Shown here: positions 59,046-64,000 of the stretch, piece after piece
How positions within the stretch are numbered: position 1 is the first letter of the stretch
How the letters are laid out: every line of letters begins with the position of its first letter
Sequence record: CP089609.1
Strand: one strand, 5' to 3'
Length of the DNA: 64,000 bases
DNA from: a plasmid
Notes under the pieces: generated by a model
Databases searched by the model: none
Told to the model about the DNA's origin: nothing
Seen by the model: only the letters and a program-made list of their open reading frames with translations
Position numbers and translations under genes: made by a program

Positions 59046-59632
59046 GCCGACGTGCCACCATCAGACCCGGCCGCACACTCCAACGCCCGCTTGGCTCGAT
59101 TCTTGGCTGAGCGGCGGCCGTACAGTCGGGCACAGAACGACGTCAGCACCTCGGTGATGTCGCGCACCAGATCGTCGTCGACTTCGCCGTCATCGAGCAC
59201 CACCAGACGACGACCGGACGCCGACAGCGCCGCCTCCACAAGTTCGGTATTCATCCGCCCGAGCCGGTCGCGGTGCTCCACGACCACGACCGTAACCTCG
59301 GGGTCCGACAACAGTCGGCGCGCCTTTGCCCGCGCACCGTTCATCCCCGAACCCACCTCGGCCTCACTGCGGACAACACGATGCCCCGCTTGCACAGCCC
59401 ACGCGTTGAGCCTGGCTGTCTGCCGTGCCAGATCGCTCTTCTGGTCGTGTGAGGAGACCCGGGCGTAGAGCCCAACGCCCTCGGTTGGCGTCGCCGCGAC
59501 GCCTTCAGGGTTCACCAGGATCAGCCGCGGCCCTACCCGTTGCGCAGGAACGGGCAACGTCCCCTCGCGGAACATCTTGTACGCCGTCTGCGGGTGAATC
59601 CCCTGCGCACGCGCCCAATCCTTCAAATTCAC
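59042..59632 (-). CDS. tnpA: IS607-family TnpA serine recombinase
   Basis: 196 aa, only three substitutions relative to copy 1. Confidence 0.85.
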   Translation of the reverse strand: MNLKDWARAQGIHPQTAYKMFREGTLPVPAQRVGPRLILVNPEGVAATPTEGVGLYARVSSHDQKSDLARQTARLNAWAVQAGHRVVRSEAEVGSGMNGARAKARRLLSDPEVTVVVVEHRDRLGRMNTELVEAALSASGRRLVVLDDGEVDDDLVRDITEVLTSFCARLYGRRSAKNRAKRALECAAGSDGGTSA

Positions 59633-60033
59633 CGCTGCAGCTCCCGCATCTTCTGCCAGGTGCCGAAGTCAACCCCTTCCCGGGCCTCGCGGCTACTCAG
59701 GTACTCGGCCGCGTCATCCAGCAGCCCCGATAGCGACTCCGGCGAGGTCCAGGAGGCGTAGCCGTCGCCGTAACGTTCACGCAGCGCATCCATCACTCCC
59801 GACGGGTTCGATACCTTCCCGCCGGTGCGTGGCCCCAAAAGCCTTGCCGCACAGGAATCGCAAACCAGGTAACACGGATATGGGCCAACGACCCTGACAA
59901 CGTTCCCCCGGCGCTGGACCGCGGGCGGCCGCGACGGCAGCACCAGCGCGTACTCCTCATCAGAACCAGCAGGAACGCGAACCGCTGCAGAACCGAGCAA
60001 GGCTGAATGCGAGTCAGGCCCCTCATCACGCCA
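59629..60033 (-). pseudogene. IS-associated Cys-rich accessory gene, 5' end disrupted by a 4-bp deletion relative to copy 1
   Basis: copy 1 reads CCTTGCGCGGTGTGTTCTGCAG, copy 2 reads CCTTGCTCGGTTCTGCAG; the first CxxC is lost and the frame shifts. Confidence 0.45.
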
Positions 60034-60098
60034 GAAGCATACTAAAATAGACCTATTCGTACTAGATCGAACTAGCAGAAGATCAGATGCGTACCCCC

Positions 60099-60290
60099 TT
60101 ATCGGCAGCTGTGGTAGTAGCTTCCGGAGTCTTCGTGCAGAAGCCGGATGCCCACGCCTCCGCGCGGCATGTAGATGCAGAAGTTTCCCGGGTCGGCAAG
60201 GCAATGAGGGCACTTCCGGTCTCGCGCCGGATGGCCCGGTGATCGACGCGCCACCAGCTCTTCCTGGGTGATTATGATGCGCTTGGCCAA
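60099..60290 (-). CDS. small hypothetical protein
   Basis: 63-aa ORF. Confidence 0.3.
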   Translation of the reverse strand: MAKRIIITQEELVARRSPGHPARDRKCPHCLADPGNFCIYMPRGGVGIRLLHEDSGSYYHSCR

Positions 60291-60355
60291 GACACTTCCC
60301 TTTGCTGGTTGCTGATAGCGGGCGAACGTGTAGCTCGTGGTCGCTCCTCACGTCA

Positions 60356-60529
60356 GCCCGATCGTTCACAGTGGTCGCAGTATCCGCAGCCTCCGCAGAC
60401 GCCGCCGACGTAGTACGTCGCGTCGTCACAGTCGGGGCATTTCTCTTCCTTGGCACGCGTCTTCTGTCGTCGCACGCGGGCGGCTGGACTACGCCGATGT
60501 GGTTGCAGCTCTTCGGTGTACGTCATCGC
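60356..60529 (-). CDS. small zinc-ribbon protein (CPDC...CGGCGYCDHC)
   Basis: 57 aa immediately downstream of 60547-60906. Confidence 0.35.
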
Positions 60530-60546
60530 TTGCCCTTATTTCGTCT

Positions 60547-60906
60547 TCACCTACCAGCGCACGTTGTCGTACGTCGGCTCGGGTGGTCAAGTGGGGTGCG
60601 GATCAACTTCTCGGCGGCGAGCAGGGCCGTCGCGAGGGGAACTAGTTCGTCGGGAAGGAGCTGGCATGTGCCGCTGACGACGGTTTCATCTCCCTCGAAA
60701 TACACGTCTTCCGATTCGCTTCCGATGAGCGTCTGCCACACCGGATCTCCAGCGCCGCTGTGCATGGTCGGCTCCGGCAGATCCACTACGGCGATGTCTT
60801 GTGCCTGGAGGTGTTCGAGGAAGTTGCGGACCTCATCCCGTGTGAGGCGACGGGTCGTGATGGCCCGCAGCGCTTGGGCGGTCGCCTCTTCGATTCGGTT
60901 ACTCAT
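60547..60906 (-). CDS. hypothetical protein
   Basis: 119-aa ORF. Confidence 0.45.
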   Translation of the reverse strand: MSNRIEEATAQALRAITTRRLTRDEVRNFLEHLQAQDIAVVDLPEPTMHSGAGDPVWQTLIGSESEDVYFEGDETVVSGTCQLLPDELVPLATALLAAEKLIRTPLDHPSRRTTTCAGR

Positions 60907-61201
60907 TGCTCGACTGCCTCTCCATTGCGGAACATGATCGGGCCGGTTGAGAATGCAGCTGCGAGTTCCTCGCTGGTCATCTCGCCGAGCGGCTTGCCGT
61001 CGGTGCGCTCGGCGATTGCGTCGGAGAGTTTGTCGAGTCCCGATTCACGCTTAGTTGCTGCTTTAGTTGTCATGCTTGTGTCCTCCATGTGTAGATGGTT
61101 TCGCGTTGCGGTACTGTGCCGCAAGGTAGTTCGGCTTGCCATCCGCGCCATTGCGGAGCGAGCCGCGCGGACCCTCTGGTGCTTGTGAGCGTCCATGTCG
61201 A

Positions 61202-61570
61202 TTAGTTTCGCGTTCTTTCGTCGTGGGTATCAGAGCGATGGCCGCCGCCCCCAGGGTTCCCGTGCCACAGTGAGCCGTCCGGCTGCGTCTCGACATACGG
61301 CATATCGGGGTGGATGAGGTCACCGCAGCCGCAGACGACGTTGGGTAGGTATTGGGGTGCCGGATCGGGGTCTACAACTTCCCATGTAATCCGCGCGCGG
61401 ATGAGTTCCGGCGTGTCAGGGCGGCCCAGTTCGTCGTATCGTCTGCTCAGGTGTGTGTGCATCGATCGTGCCTGGTTTTCGTCCCCGTACTCGTGACACG
61501 CGGTCGGCGTTCCTGTTTCGCCCCAGCGGACTCCCCATAGGGTGCCGCCGTGGTATTTGTCGCCGATCAT
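61202..61570 (-). CDS. hypothetical protein (122 aa)
   Basis: ATG with AGGAACCGAACA RBS; ATGA overlap with the upstream gene. Confidence 0.45.
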   Translation of the reverse strand: MIGDKYHGGTLWGVRWGETGTPTACHEYGDENQARSMHTHLSRRYDELGRPDTPELIRARITWEVVDPDPAPQYLPNVVCGCGDLIHPDMPYVETQPDGSLWHGNPGGGGHRSDTHDERTRN

Positions 61571-61800
61571 TGTTCGGTTCCTGCCTTGGAGTGCCGTGTT
61601 GCATCGGGTGGTGCTTGTCCTGGGATGTCGTACTCGTCTGGGTGGTTGGCGGCGAACAGATCCGGTTCGTTGGCGTATGCCATCGCTTCTAGTTCGGTGT
61701 AGCCCAGGTCGCGTGCAGCTTGGTAGGTCGCTTTGTAGGTGGCGGCGGCGTTCTGTGGATCTTGGGGTGGTGTGTGAATCTGATTGTGGTTTGGGGTCAT
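61567..61800 (-). CDS. hypothetical protein (77 aa)
   Basis: MTPNHNQIHTPPQDP...; frame distinct from the long spurious ORF. Confidence 0.35.
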   Translation of the reverse strand: MTPNHNQIHTPPQDPQNAAATYKATYQAARDLGYTELEAMAYANEPDLFAANHPDEYDIPGQAPPDATRHSKAGTEQ

Positions 61801-62218
61801 TGGGGTGTTCTTTCGTTTCAGGGGCCGGGGCGGGTGTCGGGGCGGCGGGCGGCGATCTTGGTGATGGCGTGTTGGGCTCGGGTCCGGGGGTGGGGATGTC
61901 GCGTGTGCCGTGGGTGGCGGCTGCGGTTCCTGATTCGAATAGGGGCACCGTGGTGGTGTAGTCGAAGGCTGCGCGGAGGTCGCCTGTGGTGAGTTGGCCG
62001 TTGGATGCGGCGAGGCGGAGTGCGAGGAGGTCTGGGCCGTGGCAGCCGACCCAGCCGGCGCATAGGCGTGCTTGGTGATCGTCTGCGCTGGTTTGGTGGC
62101 AGAGGAACAGGCTGGGTGGTTGGAATGGGGTGTCGACGTCGTAGGCGGTGAGCTTGGCGTACTCGGTGGCGGCCCAGATTCCGCTCGGACGTCGCGGCGG
62201 TATGGGCAGGAGCCGCAT
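61801..62218 (-). CDS. hypothetical protein; C-terminus unresolved because the frame stays open into downstream genes
   Basis: MRLLPIPPRRPSGIWAATEYAKLTAYDVD... gives way to a Pro-rich stretch. Confidence 0.3.
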
Positions 62219-62261
62219 GGCTGTCGTGCCGGGCCGCGGACCTCGGTTCGTCGAGCGTGGG

Positions 62262-62753
62262 TCATGGTGTGATCGTCCTTGGCAGGGGTGACAGGCCAGG
62301 GGTGGCGGGTGTCTGGGAGGTCTCGGCGGTGCGGTGCATTTCGTGGATGATGTGTTCGGGTGCGAGGCGTCCGCCGTTGGCGGCTCGGCGGCGGTTGCGT
62401 TCGAGGCATTCGGCCAGCGGGGTGTCGATGGTGATGATCTGGTAGGTGAGGTTGTGGCGGTGGGCGAGATCTGTCCAGACCGCCAAGTGTTCGGGTTCGA
62501 GGTTGGTGTCGTCGATGACGATGGATTTGCCGTTGAGTAGGGCGGTTTCGGCGAGGCTGATCTCGTGCGTGGTGACGATGTCTTCCTGTTCTTGGGTCAG
62601 TTCGCTGTATTGACCGAACAGGTGATACCGGAGTGTGTCGCGGTTGATGATTTCCCGGTTGCCGGGGTCGGCTTGGCGCCACGTGTTCGCCCAGGTGGTC
62701 TTACCGGCCGCTGGTAAGCCTGTGAGAATGAGAACCGTTGGGTGGTCGGTCAT
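62262..62753 (-). CDS. P-loop NTPase (AAA_33/polynucleotide-kinase/zeta-toxin-like kinase fold)
   Basis: Walker A ILTGLPAAGKTTWA, Walker B IVIDDTN; CAGGAGCATC RBS. Confidence 0.65.
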   Translation of the reverse strand: MTDHPTVLILTGLPAAGKTTWANTWRQADPGNREIINRDTLRYHLFGQYSELTQEQEDIVTTHEISLAETALLNGKSIVIDDTNLEPEHLAVWTDLAHRHNLTYQIITIDTPLAECLERNRRRAANGGRLAPEHIIHEMHRTAETSQTPATPGLSPLPRTITP

Positions 62754-63037
62754 TCCGATGCTCCTGATGCTGCGCCGGTGAGGTTGGTGAGTTCTGGGCG
62801 GAGATTGTCTCGGGGCTCCCATTCCTGGGTTTGGGGGTTGTATTGGCCGATGGTGATGATGGGTTCTCCGGCCTCGTTGAGGTAGACGAAGATCGATCCG
62901 TAGAGCTGGCCGTCGGTGCTCAGGTAGACGTTGCCGCTATATTCCGATTCGCCGTATTCGTCAGGTTTGCCGAGGTCCACGGTCCACGGTGTTCCTCCGG
63001 CGTCGAGGGTGAGTGTGGATTTGGGGTGGCCGCTCAT
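62750..63037 (-). CDS. hypothetical protein
   Basis: abuts the kinase gene; palindromic operator about 12 bp upstream of its ATG. Confidence 0.45.
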   Translation of the reverse strand: MSGHPKSTLTLDAGGTPWTVDLGKPDEYGESEYSGNVYLSTDGQLYGSIFVYLNEAGEPIITIGQYNPQTQEWEPRDNLRPELTNLTGAASGASE

Positions 63038-63047
63038 AACAATTACT

Positions 63048-63067
63048 ATACACCTTAGTAGGTGTAT
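63048..63067. promoter_or_regulatory. palindromic operator candidate
   Basis: ATACACCttagtaGGTGTAT in the divergent 63037/63189 intergenic region. Confidence 0.5.
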
Positions 63068-63188
63068 AGATGCGATATTTGACCGTTTCACCTACGTCCT
63101 GATGGTGCGCCGTACACCAGCCCGGGCCTGGGATACTTGGTCGAGCGGGCGACGGGCACACCGCGCCAGGCCAGGAGGGGATCGGATC

Positions 63189-63578
63189 GTGAATCGAACG
63201 CAACACGCTGCGGCCATAGCGGCTACGACACTGTGCACCCTTACGGTCGGGGGATGCTCGACGCCGGAGCCCGCCAACGCACAGGGGTCAACACCGGCGG
63301 GCCCCAGTATCGAGTCACCGGCAGCCCCGCTCAGCAAGTTGACCGCCATAGGCCGGCACTGCTTTGGTTCTGCTGCCGATGTCGCCGCAGCGGCAGCGCG
63401 GATCGCGGCAGACACTGAGCGCCAGGCCCGGCAGATTGTGGATGCGCGGCGCATCGCCGATGCCGGAGGACCACTTCCCCAGGTCGGGTTCGACACGATC
63501 TTTGTGGTGTCCGATCCCGACACCGACCACTGCGTCGAGGTCACAGAGACCCGGTACATTCCGCCGCCGGCTCGCTGA
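63189..63578 (+). CDS. lipoprotein
   Basis: signal peptide plus lipobox LTVGGC; AGGAGGGG RBS; GTG start. Confidence 0.6.
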   Translation: MNRTQHAAAIAATTLCTLTVGGCSTPEPANAQGSTPAGPSIESPAAPLSKLTAIGRHCFGSAADVAAAAARIAADTERQARQIVDARRIADAGGPLPQVGFDTIFVVSDPDTDHCVEVTETRYIPPPAR

Positions 63579-63594
63579 AACCCGCAGGTGCGGG

Positions 63595-63864
63595 GTGAGT
63601 GGCGCGTTTGCGGATGTGACCGTAGCGTCCTGGGATATGTACCGACCTGAGCTTCACATCGCGGACATGCGCGCACAGCTGGACAAGATCCGGGGACATT
63701 GCGCCATGGACGACCATCTGGAGTTGTCGGCCGAGCTTGATCGGCTTGCGGCCCTGGATCCCAGCACTCGCATGGGTCAGCGCGAGCTCGTCGGGAAACC
63801 AGGCCTGGAGTTGATGCGCCGGATGCAGATCGCTGTGAAGCGGCACGCGGGAAGGCTCAGCTGA
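63595..63864 (+). CDS. hypothetical protein
   Basis: GTG start within a longer ORF. Confidence 0.4.
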   Translation: MSGAFADVTVASWDMYRPELHIADMRAQLDKIRGHCAMDDHLELSAELDRLAALDPSTRMGQRELVGKPGLELMRRMQIAVKRHAGRLS

Positions 63865-64000
63865 GCCTCGCCCGCTACCAGCAATTTGTTGCGTTTGGGT
63901 GTGGCACAACACTGTGGCCGCTCATAGCGTGGGATCACACGGCAGTCAGACCGAAGGAATCCGTATGTCGCACGACACCATTGGGCAGTACATCGACAAT

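Larger units (their letters stand above)
57368..60075 (-). mobile_element. IS607-family insertion sequence, copy 2 (inverted relative to copy 1)
   Basis: collinear with 6686-9402 at about 90% DNA identity; flanking DNA unrelated. Confidence 0.75.

Noticed and set aside
61567-62682. 371-aa ORF rich in Arg/Pro/His
   Set aside because: Low-complexity artefact of GC-rich DNA read in the wrong frame. Only the last 77 codons look like a real gene.
1-64000. CRISPR arrays, tRNA, rRNA
   Set aside because: No repeat-spacer periodicity and no cloverleaf-like or rRNA-like conserved segments were found in any intergenic gap. The only tandem repeat is the 3 x 24-bp coding repeat.

Overview
This is a high-GC actinobacterial window, probably Mycobacteriaceae, and reads as one accessory region. 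Codon usage, GTG/TTG starts, 4-bp overlapping start/stop pairs, Lsr2, a P450 and an IS1535-like IS607 element all fit that call. It is dense with small lineage-specific genes, at least seven toxin-antitoxin loci, two insertion-sequence families, an Lsr2 nucleoid-associated protein, a TetR/P450/ThiF-nitroreductase/methyltransferase islet, and a sirtuin-like protein with no zinc ribbon.

Three structural points stand out.

1. Two diverged, inverted copies of an about 2.7-kb IS607-family element sit at about 6686-9402 and 57368-60075 and bracket roughly 48 kb. Each copy carries tnpA (serine recombinase), tnpB and a third Cys-rich gene translationally coupled upstream of tnpA.

2. A 20-bp palindrome ATACACC-N6-GGTGTAT recurs at seven promoter regions across and just beyond the bracketed region. 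This looks like the operator set of one island-wide regulator.

3. Many otherwise recognisable genes carry single-nucleotide frameshifts, often in C/G runs. The clearer cases are the MoeY-like ThiF-nitroreductase gene, the IS605-type tnpB, an XRE regulator, a dienelactone hydrolase, tnpB of IS copy 1, and the accessory gene of IS copy 2. They are either real pseudogenes or homopolymer indel errors in the assembly; I cannot tell which from sequence alone.

I found no rRNA, tRNA or CRISPR array. All functional calls come from motif and architecture recognition by eye in the translated ORFs. No database search was run.
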